Notes under the pieces: generated by a model
Database searches by the model: none
Told to the model about the DNA's origin: nothing
Seen by the model: only the letters and a program-made list of their open reading frames with translations
Source: Syntrophorhabdaceae bacterium
Lineage (GTDB): Bacteria > Desulfobacterota > Syntrophorhabdia > Syntrophorhabdales > Syntrophorhabdaceae
Length of the DNA: 64,000 nt
Direction of reading: 5' to 3'
NCBI GenBank assembly: GCA_963665295.1
Contig: OY762209.1
Coordinates: 3,296,001-3,360,000 of the forward strand
Translations under genes and position numbers: made by a program
Part shown: positions 8,691-19,209 of the stretch, one piece after another
Position numbering within the stretch: position 1 is the stretch's first letter
Layout: each line of letters starts with the position of its first letter

Positions 8691-11404
8691 CTTCCTTCCC
8701 TCCCTATGTGGATTTGCGGGGCACGGACGGGTGCCTTTTGTATCGGTGGACGCGTTAGTGTCTTGGTTGCATAGTCGAGACTTGATGTTTTTGTGATCTC
8801 CTTCTTGACCTGCTCCCGAAGTTTTTCCGTCCCGTTGGTGTAGACCCTGACGTCGTCTTTCCCCCGAGTCATGGCGACGTAAAATGAGTTGTAGGAGGTG
8901 GGCTTCTCCGTGTTGGCGTGGAAGATCACGCGCTTACTCGTCTGACCCTGGCTTTTGTAATCCGTCACGGCGTACCCGTGGTCGAGGTAATTGTAGCTCC
9001 GGGGGATACTGAAGGTAACATCTTTGCCGGTGTCCGTCTTGACCGTGAGGTTGCCCCTTTCATCGAGGCTTTTGACCTCCCCGGTAAGCCCGTTCTGCAC
9101 TCCGAGGTTCTTGTCGTTTTTCAAGAAGACTACCTTCTCTCCTTGGGTAAAGGGAAGGAGTCTCTCCTGATAGACCCCGAGCTTATGTCCGTGCTTGCTC
9201 ACGTCGATGGTTGCATTCTGTCCGTAGACGGTAACGATGCTGATCTCCTGGCTCTGTGGATCGGTAGAAGTCACCCGGCCCTGGTCACCGAGCCTGAACC
9301 CCGGAAGGCTCTTGTTGACCGCCACAATGTCACCGGGAGAATAGGACTGCGCGAAGTGCCGCTCGACAGGAGGAATGATCTTCGGTTCCCTCACCGCGAA
9401 GGTGTGTTCGGGTTGTGCGAACGCGCCCTTGTCCCTGAGCTTACCTCTGATATGCCGGTTCAGTTCTCCCCGATCTTTGTTGAAAGGGGTCACGACGAGG
9501 GTGTTTGTATAGTCCTTCTGTGACACAAACTCTTTGACAATAGCGTCCCGTCTCTCCCGGTCGTCCACGATCTCGTGGACCTTGCTCCGGTCCTGCATTC
9601 TGGTGAAGGCCCTATCTATTCTCCGCTCCGCGATGTCCGCCACGATCTCCTTGTACTCCTCGTCTTTCTGACGGAGTGTCTCCTTCATGTGAACCGTTTT
9701 CATCACTCCGGATTCCTGGAGTTTCTGGAACATCCTCCCGGCCTCGATTGACTGAAGCTGTTTTGTGTCCCCTACCAGAACGACTCTGGCATTCGCTTCT
9801 TTGGCCGTGTTGACAAGATCGCCCATCTGCTTTGAGCCGACCATGGATACCTCGTCCACGAACCAGGCTTCTTTCTCCGAGGGGGCAAACTCCGGCCTCT
9901 GCACTTTGGGCAAAAAGCTGTGTAGGGTTTGCGATTCCACACCCGCTCCGGTCTGCAATTCCTTCGCCGCCTTGCCCGTGAAGCTCAAGCCCCTTACGGC
10001 GTAACCGTGCTTCTCAAGCTGCTCCCTTGCCGCACGGAGCATGGAGGTCTTCCCCGTGCCTGCGTCTCCTTGGATGCCGATGACCCTGTCCTGAGAAGTA
10101 AGGATGTGCTCCACAGCCTTCTTTTGATCTGCGGTAAGGTAGTCATAACGTTCCCTGGTCCTCTCTTCTACCTGGGCAGCATTAAGAACTGCGGGCATGG
10201 TGCCCCGCCCCTCGTCCACTGCGGTGACGATGCCGTTTTCTATGGCCGTCATTTCCTTCGTGGTGTACACTCCTGCATCTTTGTCGAGGGTGACAATGCT
10301 CTTACCCTTCAGACGGTAAAACGCCTCCTCAAGGGCCTTGTTCCGGTGAGTCCCTCCGGAGATCCTCGCGGCGGTCTTCATCACATCCTCGCGAGTGAAG
10401 GTTGACTCCTGTTCGTTGAGGGCAGAAGACGCCATCTTGATGGTGCCCTGTGCGGTGAGGGTCATTCCTTCGGGCTTTTGAAGTTCTGCCTGCTTTGAGA
10501 GAGACTCTGCAATATGTTCTTTGGAAAAGCCGATACCCTCAAGCTGCCGGTCCCATGAGTCGTGTAAGACTTCACGGTCTATGGTCTTCTTCGTCTGGCG
10601 GGTATCCAGGCACGCCATCTGCCGGAGCTCGCCCGCCGTGGCGAGGGGAAGACGTTCCTTCAGGGCCTCCATGGCCCCGTCGATCTGGTCCTGTCTTTTA
10701 GCAAAGTGCTCCTCGATCCTTTCGTCTATCCCCTCGATGTGGGCATATCGTGAGTTGCCCGTATCGTACTTTGCCATGGTGACGGTATAGCCCCTCTCCT
10801 TCAATTCCGCTGCAAGCTCGTTCTCATACATGGCGGTGAGAAGCTCTCTTGCGAATATCTTTTCATTTGCCACTGCCCGCCACTCGCCGTCCTTTCTCTT
10901 GGTCATGTTGGCAACTACTATGTGAGAATGAAGCTGCGGGTCCATCTCGCGGGAAGTGAAGTGATCGAACCGGGCGGCAATCATGTTGCCCGTACCCATG
11001 CGGCGGGTTGTGCCGTCGACTCTCCCCCTCGCTTCCACAAGGTTCTCTTCCACGTACTTCATGACCGACTCAACGGCTGCGTGGTGAGAATCCATCATAT
11101 GGGCTCTCTGTTCCTCGCTGCCGAAAGCCCACACAAGAGAAACGCTTTTTGACGGAGCAAAGTGCAGGTCCCAGCCGACGCGGTGCTTGCCGTTGGATGC
11201 CGCTTCCACAAGTACATTGTCCTGAGAGTCCTTCCCTTCAAGGATAGCCTGGAAGGTGGGCAAGTCCACTTCTTTGAGGTTGAGCGCCTCCGCTCCTTTC
11301 CCCATCCAGGCCCGTCCTCCGGATTGGTCCCGTGTGTAGTAATCATCCTTCTTGAAGTAGTTTGCAGCGTCTCCCGCATTGGTGATCGGTGTGATAGTCT
11401 GCAT
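8687..11404 (-). CDS. MOB-F relaxase-helicase (TrwC/TraI-like)
   Basis: NYF..DDYY catalytic tyrosines, DLHFAPSKSVS, HFTSREMDPQLHSH (HUH), helicase motifs GDAGTGKT, VDEVSM, GDTKQLQSIEAG, HGYA.T..KSQG, YVAMTR. Confidence 0.95.
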   Translation of the reverse strand: MQTITPITNAGDAANYFKKDDYYTRDQSGGRAWMGKGAEALNLKEVDLPTFQAILEGKDSQDNVLVEAASNGKHRVGWDLHFAPSKSVSLVWAFGSEEQRAHMMDSHHAAVESVMKYVEENLVEARGRVDGTTRRMGTGNMIAARFDHFTSREMDPQLHSHIVVANMTKRKDGEWRAVANEKIFARELLTAMYENELAAELKERGYTVTMAKYDTGNSRYAHIEGIDERIEEHFAKRQDQIDGAMEALKERLPLATAGELRQMACLDTRQTKKTIDREVLHDSWDRQLEGIGFSKEHIAESLSKQAELQKPEGMTLTAQGTIKMASSALNEQESTFTREDVMKTAARISGGTHRNKALEEAFYRLKGKSIVTLDKDAGVYTTKEMTAIENGIVTAVDEGRGTMPAVLNAAQVEERTRERYDYLTADQKKAVEHILTSQDRVIGIQGDAGTGKTSMLRAAREQLEKHGYAVRGLSFTGKAAKELQTGAGVESQTLHSFLPKVQRPEFAPSEKEAWFVDEVSMVGSKQMGDLVNTAKEANARVVLVGDTKQLQSIEAGRMFQKLQESGVMKTVHMKETLRQKDEEYKEIVADIAERRIDRAFTRMQDRSKVHEIVDDRERRDAIVKEFVSQKDYTNTLVVTPFNKDRGELNRHIRGKLRDKGAFAQPEHTFAVREPKIIPPVERHFAQSYSPGDIVAVNKSLPGFRLGDQGRVTSTDPQSQEISIVTVYGQNATIDVSKHGHKLGVYQERLLPFTQGEKVVFLKNDKNLGVQNGLTGEVKSLDERGNLTVKTDTGKDVTFSIPRSYNYLDHGYAVTDYKSQGQTSKRVIFHANTEKPTSYNSFYVAMTRGKDDVRVYTNGTEKLREQVKKEITKTSSLDYATKTLTRPPIQKAPVRAPQIHIGREGR

Positions 11405-11414
11405 GGCATCCTCC

Positions 11415-12731
11415 CTATGTCCGGTAGCGTTTGAGGATCAGGTCTTTGTTGACGAACACATTGAATTTCATGCCCGGCCTGATTTCTATGGTGGGTTGTA
11501 CGTTAAGGTTTCTGTCTGCGAACTTCGCGCCAACCGTGGAGACCTGCTGAGCCGCGCCTGAGGTTGCCTGCTGAGAGAATGTGGCGGTTCCCACGTCATT
11601 GTTGCCTGCGGCAACTTTCGCACCGGCAGAGAGCATGGAACTCAGAACTACGCCGGTGATGAGCTTGCCGTAGTGATTGTTCACCTTGTCCTTCATACCT
11701 GCGTACCCTGAGAGGTCCACGCCTGCCATTCCCTCAAGGTCTATGGAATCACCGTTCGGGAAGATGAGGCGGGTCCATACGATCAACACCCTCTCCTGGG
11801 AATAGGCCACCTTGGAATCATACGTGCCTATGACCCGTGTGCCTTGCGGGATCAAGAGATACTTCCCGGTCACGGTATCATACACATTTTCCCTCACCTG
11901 TCCCGTGAGCTTGCCGGGAAGGTCGGAGTTGATACCGGTAATCATCACACCGGGAATAATGGAGCCTGCCTTAACCTCGTATTTTGAGAGAGGAGATATG
12001 ACTCCGCTCTTCACATAGACATCCTTGGTTGCCTTTTCGTTGTCCACGACAAAGTCCCGCTTCGCGGCCTGCATGTTCTGGTCATCATCTTTCTGCCACG
12101 GCATGACCGGGACGTTGACCTGGGCGGGCAGGACAGCGGGGATCGGGGGGAGCGATGAAGCCTGCGGGGTCGTACTCGGTGCATTCAGGAACCTGATCGG
12201 ACTCTTTCTCGCGTCCAGGCGCTCCTTTTCTGCCTCGGACAGTTGAGGGACGCCGCCGCCCGCCTGGGCATTGTACTGGTTGATCGAGGCCGGGGAGATA
12301 GCCTTTACGCTGCCCACGCCTTCGTCGGGGATAGCCCCTTTCCCCGGAATGTCGCCCCTTTTGATCTGCTGCGCCTCCTGGAAGCTCCTCAAACCCGCGT
12401 ACGTGTCGGGTGCGGTAGATATGGCTTCAGGGGTGGGGGCGTAGTTCGTGGTTTGCGGCTTCTTTGCGCTCTCCTCGGCCTCCTCGCGGGGAGTGAGCTT
12501 CTTCGGGGGCTGCAACGCGGCCATGAAGGCAAAGATCATGACGAGCCCCGCGACCGACGCGAGGATCATGAGCATTTTACGGTTAAACCTCGTGCCCGTG
12601 GGGGCAGGGGGATGGAGGATGCTGCCGGTTACCTCCTTGGGGTCTTCGCTATCGGGCTCGACCGGCTTCGCCGGGGGCTGATTCCCTTTCTTGAAGAATG
12701 ATGAGAATTTGATGTCTGGGAAGAATTTCAT
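11415..12731 (-). CDS. trbI: conjugal transfer protein TrbI (VirB10)
   Basis: TM helix, Pro-rich linker, GSIIPGVMITGINSDLPG, QPTIEIRPG. Confidence 0.93.
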   Translation of the reverse strand: MKFFPDIKFSSFFKKGNQPPAKPVEPDSEDPKEVTGSILHPPAPTGTRFNRKMLMILASVAGLVMIFAFMAALQPPKKLTPREEAEESAKKPQTTNYAPTPEAISTAPDTYAGLRSFQEAQQIKRGDIPGKGAIPDEGVGSVKAISPASINQYNAQAGGGVPQLSEAEKERLDARKSPIRFLNAPSTTPQASSLPPIPAVLPAQVNVPVMPWQKDDDQNMQAAKRDFVVDNEKATKDVYVKSGVISPLSKYEVKAGSIIPGVMITGINSDLPGKLTGQVRENVYDTVTGKYLLIPQGTRVIGTYDSKVAYSQERVLIVWTRLIFPNGDSIDLEGMAGVDLSGYAGMKDKVNNHYGKLITGVVLSSMLSAGAKVAAGNNDVGTATFSQQATSGAAQQVSTVGAKFADRNLNVQPTIEIRPGMKFNVFVNKDLILKRYRT

Positions 12732-12741
12732 GCGCCCCTCC

Positions 12742-13728
12742 TTACTGTTCCTTGTTGATCTTCTTGATGACCACTATCTCTTTCAGGCCGTTGCGCATTT
12801 CTGCCTGGGCGAAGAGGCGGTCAACGATGTAATAGTTCTTCTTGACCCTATAGTTGACGAGAGTTACTTCCTTCCCGTCGCTCACGAAGAGCGCGGGGGC
12901 CTCTCCCGAAGACATGGTCGCAGCCATCTGGATATAGGTCTTTGAACCGTCGTCAAAGACCATCTTCGGGGTCCAGGAATAGGAGCCTCCGAAGAAGCCC
13001 GACCTTTCTTCGATCTTGTAACTAAAATTCATCTTCTCGGGGGTGACGGTGCTCGAAATCTGCTCCTCTTCTTTCTCTTTCTTCTCCGCTTGCTGTCTTA
13101 AATACGCGGCTTTTTCGTCGAGGGGATAGGTCCATCCTATGATAGGGTTGTAGACGCTCCCGGCGCGAGCTCTGATCTGATACGAGCGCCGGTCTGTGGC
13201 GATCATGAAATTGGTCGCGATATTGCTTTTCATCGGTTTTACATAAACGTGCCATTGCTTTGCATCGCCGGTTCCCGACTGAGCCCGGTCCACGATCCAG
13301 CGGGTTGTGTCGCCGCCGCCTATGTAGAGAATGTCTTCTCCCGGTTGTAACTGTATGTCGGTAAGGTGCCCTTCATGACAGTAGATTTGATAGAGCCCAG
13401 TCGGCTTGTAGGAGAAGAAGGATTTCGCCTGTACCTGTACGGCCTCGGACACGTTCTGCAAACCCTCGCGGGTGGCCACGTCGATTGACTTCGATGCTTT
13501 GAGGGCATCCCTTTCTTCCTTGGGAGTCATGGGCTCCTCGGGCTCCTGCGGGAGGTCCGGGAGCTTCTGCGGCTGGACTGTGCTGGTGGGCTTGGTGGCG
13601 GGTCCGTCCCCCGCCGTGGCGAGAGGAATAGCGGAAGGCAGGCAGCAAAGGGCGATAAGGCCGCCTCCGACGATACCTGCGAGAAACGCCTTGTAAATGT
13701 CTTTGAGTGGAGAACCATTGATTTGCAT
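12742..13728 (-). CDS. trbG: conjugal transfer protein TrbG (VirB9)
   Basis: LQPGE..GDTTRW, TDRRSY, VFDDGSKTYI, VNYRV..YYIVDRLF; start after AAGGAGG. Confidence 0.92.
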   Translation of the reverse strand: MQINGSPLKDIYKAFLAGIVGGGLIALCCLPSAIPLATAGDGPATKPTSTVQPQKLPDLPQEPEEPMTPKEERDALKASKSIDVATREGLQNVSEAVQVQAKSFFSYKPTGLYQIYCHEGHLTDIQLQPGEDILYIGGGDTTRWIVDRAQSGTGDAKQWHVYVKPMKSNIATNFMIATDRRSYQIRARAGSVYNPIIGWTYPLDEKAAYLRQQAEKKEKEEEQISSTVTPEKMNFSYKIEERSGFFGGSYSWTPKMVFDDGSKTYIQMAATMSSGEAPALFVSDGKEVTLVNYRVKKNYYIVDRLFAQAEMRNGLKEIVVIKKINKEQ

Positions 13729-13739
13729 AATAAACCTCC

Positions 13740-14429
13740 TTAAAGTTCCTTTGACCATGAGAAGTCGCTTATATAGAGCCCCAGCGGGTTTGACATGATC
13801 TCTTTTTCATTCGTGGGTTGGGTAAAATCGATAGTCACAAGGCCGGTCATCCGGTACGACTGTTTCGGGGAGCCTTCCTTCGAGAATACGTCCTCGGTCC
13901 ATCTGATCTGATAGGTTTTGTCCGACATCTTCACGATTGCTGCGGGGGTGACCGATATGGTCTCTTCCCCGATCTTCGACATGGGGTCGTCCTTTCTTAC
14001 GATCTCGTTCATTTTAAGGGCTGCTTTCTGGCGCATGGATCCGTAGGCGCTTATCCATGAGTGTTTCTTCAAAATAGGATCGAGGGGCAAGGCCCTCACG
14101 TCCTTTATCCACTTGGCCAGGAAGTACCTTATCTCCGGATCGTTTGGGCCTCTGTTGCCCTGAATTGCCTTGCTCACGGCGAGAAGCTCGCCGCCCGGAC
14201 CTACTTCCACGATATAGGGCGCTACGCTGCTCTTGGCCGATTGGTAGATAAGGCCGATAACGAGCATAAAGCAGAGCCCCAAGGCAGCGAAGAAAGCGAG
14301 ACGCCAGTTGTACGCCTGCACTCTCGCGCTGCCTATGCGGTTGTCCCATATCTCCTTCGCCTTGAGATAAGGGGAGAGGGGTATGCCCTCGGGCTTGTAT
14401 GTTTGGGTTGGTTGGTTAAGCTCGCTCAT
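13740..14429 (-). CDS. trbF: conjugal transfer protein TrbF (VirB8)
   Basis: WDNRIGSARVQAYNWR, PYIVEV, NPLGLYISDFSWSKEL. Confidence 0.93.
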   Translation of the reverse strand: MSELNQPTQTYKPEGIPLSPYLKAKEIWDNRIGSARVQAYNWRLAFFAALGLCFMLVIGLIYQSAKSSVAPYIVEVGPGGELLAVSKAIQGNRGPNDPEIRYFLAKWIKDVRALPLDPILKKHSWISAYGSMRQKAALKMNEIVRKDDPMSKIGEETISVTPAAIVKMSDKTYQIRWTEDVFSKEGSPKQSYRMTGLVTIDFTQPTNEKEIMSNPLGLYISDFSWSKEL

Positions 14430-15700
14430 GATTCATCACCTCCTTTAAGGTTTGGTCTTGCGCTTCCTCCCCCCTCTCCATGGGAAGGAGGAACGGAATT
14501 GTGGACATATCTGATTTTGCGGGCCAGGCGGTCAAAGTCCATTTTCGGGGTCTCCTGCCGGGTGACGCCTGAACCGGCGCTGTGTCCTCCCCCGCCCCCT
14601 GTGTTGGACGAACCTCCGGAATCGTCGAGCATCGAGGCGGCGGTCTCCTTGCCTGAATCGAAGGAGGATGCGAAGGAGTCCGATATCTTGTGCGCCCCTT
14701 TGGATACGTACGCTCCTCCGAGTCTTGTAATTCCCGCAATGCCTCCGGACCGGTAGGCTTCGGATATCTGCCCTCCTCCCCGAACCGCCGCCATGGTTGC
14801 CTTATGACCTGCATGTATACCGGCGCTGCCTAAAGTAGCGCCTGCCCAGCCAAGACCGACAGCGGCAGCGCCCCCGGCAACGGCCATGCCTGCGGCACTC
14901 CCTGCGGTAAGGGTCGGGTGTCCGGAGAGCAAGCCTGCTGCCATGGTGGGGGCGTGCCAGGAAAGGAACATGAGGGCGCAAGCGCCGAGGAACAAACAGA
15001 GACACTGTTTCAGGGTAGGGTCTACGGGTAAGGCCCATGCCTTGACAAGTGGGATCGTAACCGCTGCAATGAAGGAAAGGACCATGAGCTTTATCCCGAA
15101 GGAGAGAACCGCCCCGATAGCCTTCTCTCCGAGAAACGCGGTGTGTTTGTTAACACCGAAGGGCAGAAGGATCAAAGCGAGGGCGCCGACAACGTAGAAT
15201 TCGAGATAGGTGATGAATATCTGTATCCCGATGATGAAGAAGCAGAAGATTATGAGCAATCCCATCAGGCCGGTGAAGATTATGTCCGGTAGGTTCTTCA
15301 CGATGTCTATGGTGCTAAGGTTGTTGATATGGTCGAAGATAGGGGAGGTCAGCATGATACCTTCATCAGCCAAGGAAGATGGATCGGACAGCAGACTCTC
15401 TGCGAGAGACCCCCCTCCGGCTTTAAGGCCAATTGCTTTGAAACTGTTGAGAACTACCTGGGCCAGATTCTTGTAGTCGACGACGAGCCATATGAAAAAC
15501 CCATACTTGAGCGTCTTTGTGATCAGGGTCTTCATGTGGTCGCCATCGCTGAGATTGAGGAGGACGGCGAGGAGAAGGTCTATGACCATGAGAATTCCGA
15601 GAAGCCACTTTGCGTCGCCGTGGATGAAGCCTATGCCGTTTGCAAAAGCCGACATGAAGTTGTTGAACAGACTGGTGAGGATGCCTATATCTGGAGTCAT
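14426..15700 (-). CDS. trbL: conjugal transfer protein TrbL (VirB6)
   Basis: Polytopic; YLEFY..LILLPFG..TAFLGEKAIG; Gly/Ala/Ser-rich tail; start MTPDIG after AAGGAGGAG. Confidence 0.9.
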   Translation of the reverse strand: MTPDIGILTSLFNNFMSAFANGIGFIHGDAKWLLGILMVIDLLLAVLLNLSDGDHMKTLITKTLKYGFFIWLVVDYKNLAQVVLNSFKAIGLKAGGGSLAESLLSDPSSLADEGIMLTSPIFDHINNLSTIDIVKNLPDIIFTGLMGLLIIFCFFIIGIQIFITYLEFYVVGALALILLPFGVNKHTAFLGEKAIGAVLSFGIKLMVLSFIAAVTIPLVKAWALPVDPTLKQCLCLFLGACALMFLSWHAPTMAAGLLSGHPTLTAGSAAGMAVAGGAAAVGLGWAGATLGSAGIHAGHKATMAAVRGGGQISEAYRSGGIAGITRLGGAYVSKGAHKISDSFASSFDSGKETAASMLDDSGGSSNTGGGGGHSAGSGVTRQETPKMDFDRLARKIRYVHNSVPPSHGEGGGSARPNLKGGDES

Positions 15701-15704
15701 GTTC

Positions 15705-16056
15705 TCCTCCTTAGAAGTTCTTGAACCCCTTGCCCTTGCCCGGTCCCGCAAGCGGACTCGTCTTCGGGGGGTCAAGGTCCAATGCTTTTTTCACGTTTGC
15801 CTGGCTAACCGCCGTGCACTCTCTATCAGCCATTTTCTCGGCTTCGGACATTTTCGAACATATTGCCATCTTGGCCTTCATTTCCTCCGGGTGGGCCGTG
15901 TAATATTGGGCATCTTTTGACCCGCAAGCCGCCAACATGAGTAACGCAACAGAAACAAGAATGAGTCTTCTCATAGATTCCTCCTTAGAAGTTCTTGAAT
16001 CCTTGACCCTTGCCCGATCCTTCCAGGGGACTCGTTTTCGGGGGGTCAAGGTCTAA
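15705..16056. repeat. 78-bp direct repeat (15705-15782 and 15979-16056) encoding the shared C-termini of TrbK and TrbJ plus the downstream RBS
   Basis: 67/78 nt identical by manual alignment; peptides LDLDPPKTSPL(A/E)G(P/S)GKG(K/Q)GFKNF. Confidence 0.9.
15711..15974 (-). CDS. trbK: entry-exclusion lipoprotein (TrbK/EexN-like)
   Basis: Lipobox LAAC, YY.AHP...C...EC pattern, position between trbJ and trbL. Confidence 0.75.
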   Translation of the reverse strand: MRRLILVSVALLMLAACGSKDAQYYTAHPEEMKAKMAICSKMSEAEKMADRECTAVSQANVKKALDLDPPKTSPLAGPGKGKGFKNF

Positions 16057-16776
16057 CTGTCTCTTCAGGTTTGCATTGGCCATTGCCTGTTTTTGCGCCT
16101 CAGCCGCAAAGTATGACGACTGCGCCCGGTTGCTTGCGGCAACGACCTCCTGAAGTCTCATTAATTGCTGAACGGTCATTCCGGAAAGCTGATTGCCTGC
16201 CTGGGTGGCGGCAAGTGCGCCGCTGGCGGACTGTGAGGCCTGCATAAGGCTCGTAAGGTTAGCCGCGTCCTTGTCGATCTGTGCAGTGAGCCCCTGCGCC
16301 CGCATTGCATCGTAGGCACTGTTGTTGCTTTGATTCAGGATCTGCTGCGCCTGGTTCGCGTACTGTTTGCCCGACATGCCGTTATAGCCGGCAAAGTTCT
16401 TGTAGACCCCGTCGTATGCTCCCTGAAGCTTCGTATAGTCCATGGTAATCCCGCGCATGTCGTTTCTCACAGTGGCCAACTGAGAAAGGGCGCTCTGTAT
16501 GCGGGACATGGTGTTTTGTGCGGTACCGGGGTTCATGCTGGATAGGTTCCTGGCCTGATTCTGAAGGCTCTGAAGCTGGTTCTCGATCTGTTTGGCGGTA
16601 TTCATTGCGGTCTGAAGTTCCTTGGCGTAGCTCATGACCGTCTGCATGAATACCGAGGGGTCAAAGACGATGTCGCCGAATCCGAGGAAGGCCCGGCAGG
16701 GACTGACTGTAAAGAGGGCCATTGCCGCAAGTAATGCCACTGCCACGAAAACGTGTTTCTGTCGAATCTTTTTCAT
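15985..16776 (-). CDS. trbJ: conjugal transfer protein TrbJ (VirB5)
   Basis: Signal peptide, VFDPS, Gln-rich coiled coil, GALAATQAGNQL. Confidence 0.92.
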   Translation of the reverse strand: MKKIRQKHVFVAVALLAAMALFTVSPCRAFLGFGDIVFDPSVFMQTVMSYAKELQTAMNTAKQIENQLQSLQNQARNLSSMNPGTAQNTMSRIQSALSQLATVRNDMRGITMDYTKLQGAYDGVYKNFAGYNGMSGKQYANQAQQILNQSNNSAYDAMRAQGLTAQIDKDAANLTSLMQASQSASGALAATQAGNQLSGMTVQQLMRLQEVVAASNRAQSSYFAAEAQKQAMANANLKRQLDLDPPKTSPLEGSGKGQGFKNF

Positions 16777-19199
16777 ATTGCCTCCTGTATGGTTCTATTT
16801 GCATGAAGCGGTATGACTCCCGCGATGTCCTTGTATCTCAGCCATTCGTCGTTGAAGTCCTCATCCCCTGCGAGAATCTCAGAAACCATCTTCCGGTCTT
16901 CCGGAGTGCTCGACCCGCAATAGGCGAGGGCGAGGGGTCCAAGGGCAAGGTCAAAGAGCCTGGACCCTGCAATTGACTTGTAGTAATACTGCCGTTTCGG
17001 GGTCGCCATGGCGATGATCTCTATTTCCCGATCATTAAGCCCATAACCCCGGTAGATCGCGGCCATGCGCTCATCCAGGGCATTGCTGTTGGGAAGGTAA
17101 ATCTTCGTAGGGCATGATTCCTTAATCACACTCGCAATGGAACTGCTTTCCACGTCTTGAAGGCTCTGCGTGGCGAAGACTACCGCCACGTTTGCCTTTC
17201 TCAGTACCTTCAGCCATTCCCTGATTTTTGCCGCAAATACGGGGTTGTCCAGAAAGAGCCAGCATTCATCAAGGAAGAGGATCGAGGGAGAACCGTCAAA
17301 CCGTTGTTCCAAACGGTGGAAGAGATATGACAGGGCGGGCGGTACCGCCGCCTTTGTCTCCATGAGTTTTGCCATTTCGAAGACCTGCCAGCGGCCATAT
17401 GACAGGTTGTCGTGAGTTGCATCGAAGAGACGGCCAAAGGAGCCGTTAAGAGTGGCCGGTTCGAGGGCCTGGCGCAAACGGGCGTCCTGGAGAAGGAGCG
17501 TAAGGCCGGTGACGGTGCGCTGTTCCGGAGGAGAGGATGCAAGGGATCTAAGGGCTGTCCACACTGCTTTCTTTACGTCGGGATTGACTTCCACGTTCTC
17601 GGCTCTCAGGAAGTCATAGACCCACTCCGCCGCCCACGACATCTCAAGCTCGTTGTCTATGGCGGCCAAGGGCTGGAAGGACAACGCTCCAGATGTCTCA
17701 GCGGCGAGGTCGTAGAAATCACCTCCCACTCCCGCCGTAAGAGCTTTGATACTCCCGTCTTTATCAAAGAAGTATATCTGCGCGTCCGAATATCTCCGGA
17801 ACTGCGCGGCGAGGATTGCGAGGAGCACGGACTTTCCGGAACCGGTGGGTCCGACTATCATGGTATGGCCCACATCATCGACGTGGAGGTTGAGCCGGAA
17901 GGGTGTATTGCCTGACGTTTGTGTGTGCATGAGGACCGGGGCCTTAAAATGAGTATTTATCTCCGGTCCTGCCCACACTGCCGACAAAGGGAATATATGG
18001 GAGAGGTTAAGCGAGCTTAGGAGGGGCCTTCTCACATTTGCCCGGCAGAGACCCGGAAGGCTCCCGAACCACGCGTCAACGGCGTTCAACGTTTCGTTTA
18101 TGACGGTAAAGCCCAAGCTGTTGATCGTTTTTTCAAGGGCGCGAACCTTCTTTTGCACAAGGAGAGCATCCGTGTCCCACACGACAATCGACGCAGTGTA
18201 ATACCCATAGCTCACCGCGTCGTCTGCGACTTCCTGGAGGGCTGCATCCGCGTCTGACGCCTTGTTCATGGCGTCGTTGTCCACCATGGCGCTTTCCGTC
18301 TGTGTGACGGTCTCTTTGATGAGGGTCATGATCCCCTTTCTCTTGGCCCACCACTGACGGCGGTACCTGCCGATCTCGGATAAGGCTTCCCTTTTGTCCA
18401 GGGGGATGAAGCGGGTCACCCATCGGTATTCGAAGTTAAGCCGGTTCAGGTTGTCGAAGATCCCCGGAACACTCACCCCCGGAAAGCCCATGATCGATAT
18501 GACACACAGGTGATGCTCACCTAGTCGCGGTTCAAAGCCCGAGATAAGGGGTGTGTCTGCAAGAAGGGCATCGAGATACATGGGTATCTCAGGGGCCCTC
18601 ACGGGATGACGCTTCGGTGATACGCAGCTATGGAGGTAGGTAAGCGTCTCCGAGTCGTTGAGCGGCCTTGCTTCGGGCAAGAGTTCCGAGAGAAGGGAAG
18701 ATATCCGATCCGATTCCGTGAGGAAGGTCTTAAGGTGCGCCTCGTAGGTCTCCTGCTCTTTTTCGTAACCCCTGCCCCTCTCGATGAAGGCCTTTTCAAT
18801 CCTGGCGTGCTGCTCGGCAGGGGGAAGGAAGAGAAGGGTAAGGTAGTAAAGGCTCTCATAGTGGTTCCCCACCGAGAAGAAGTGTTGCCGCTCTTCGTCG
18901 ATCAGGGCGGTTACGGCATCGGGAAATTCCGATTCCGGATAGCCCTGGCTTTTCACTCTTTGAGCCTCCGCGTAGATGACCCATCCCCCGGAGAGGCGCT
19001 TCACTGCATTATTGAGCCGGGCTGTTATCGAGACAAGCTCGGCGGGTGTGGCGCTCTCAAGGTCCGGACCTCTGAAGGCATAGGACCGTTGAAACGAACC
19101 GTCCTTGTTGAGCACCACTCCCGGAGCGACAAAAGCCGCCCACGGGAGATAGTCCGTCAGCTTGTCCGGCTTTTTCTGAAATTCTCTGAGATTCAGCAT
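16773..19199 (-). CDS. trbE: conjugal transfer ATPase TrbE (VirB4)
   Basis: MLNLREF..DYLPWA..NKDGS, DVGHT..GPTGSGKS, LDECW, LRKAN..FATQS. Confidence 0.95.
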   Translation of the reverse strand: MLNLREFQKKPDKLTDYLPWAAFVAPGVVLNKDGSFQRSYAFRGPDLESATPAELVSITARLNNAVKRLSGGWVIYAEAQRVKSQGYPESEFPDAVTALIDEERQHFFSVGNHYESLYYLTLLFLPPAEQHARIEKAFIERGRGYEKEQETYEAHLKTFLTESDRISSLLSELLPEARPLNDSETLTYLHSCVSPKRHPVRAPEIPMYLDALLADTPLISGFEPRLGEHHLCVISIMGFPGVSVPGIFDNLNRLNFEYRWVTRFIPLDKREALSEIGRYRRQWWAKRKGIMTLIKETVTQTESAMVDNDAMNKASDADAALQEVADDAVSYGYYTASIVVWDTDALLVQKKVRALEKTINSLGFTVINETLNAVDAWFGSLPGLCRANVRRPLLSSLNLSHIFPLSAVWAGPEINTHFKAPVLMHTQTSGNTPFRLNLHVDDVGHTMIVGPTGSGKSVLLAILAAQFRRYSDAQIYFFDKDGSIKALTAGVGGDFYDLAAETSGALSFQPLAAIDNELEMSWAAEWVYDFLRAENVEVNPDVKKAVWTALRSLASSPPEQRTVTGLTLLLQDARLRQALEPATLNGSFGRLFDATHDNLSYGRWQVFEMAKLMETKAAVPPALSYLFHRLEQRFDGSPSILFLDECWLFLDNPVFAAKIREWLKVLRKANVAVVFATQSLQDVESSSIASVIKESCPTKIYLPNSNALDERMAAIYRGYGLNDREIEIIAMATPKRQYYYKSIAGSRLFDLALGPLALAYCGSSTPEDRKMVSEILAGDEDFNDEWLRYKDIAGVIPLHANRTIQEAI

Positions 19200-19209
19200 A
19201 GTACCTCCG

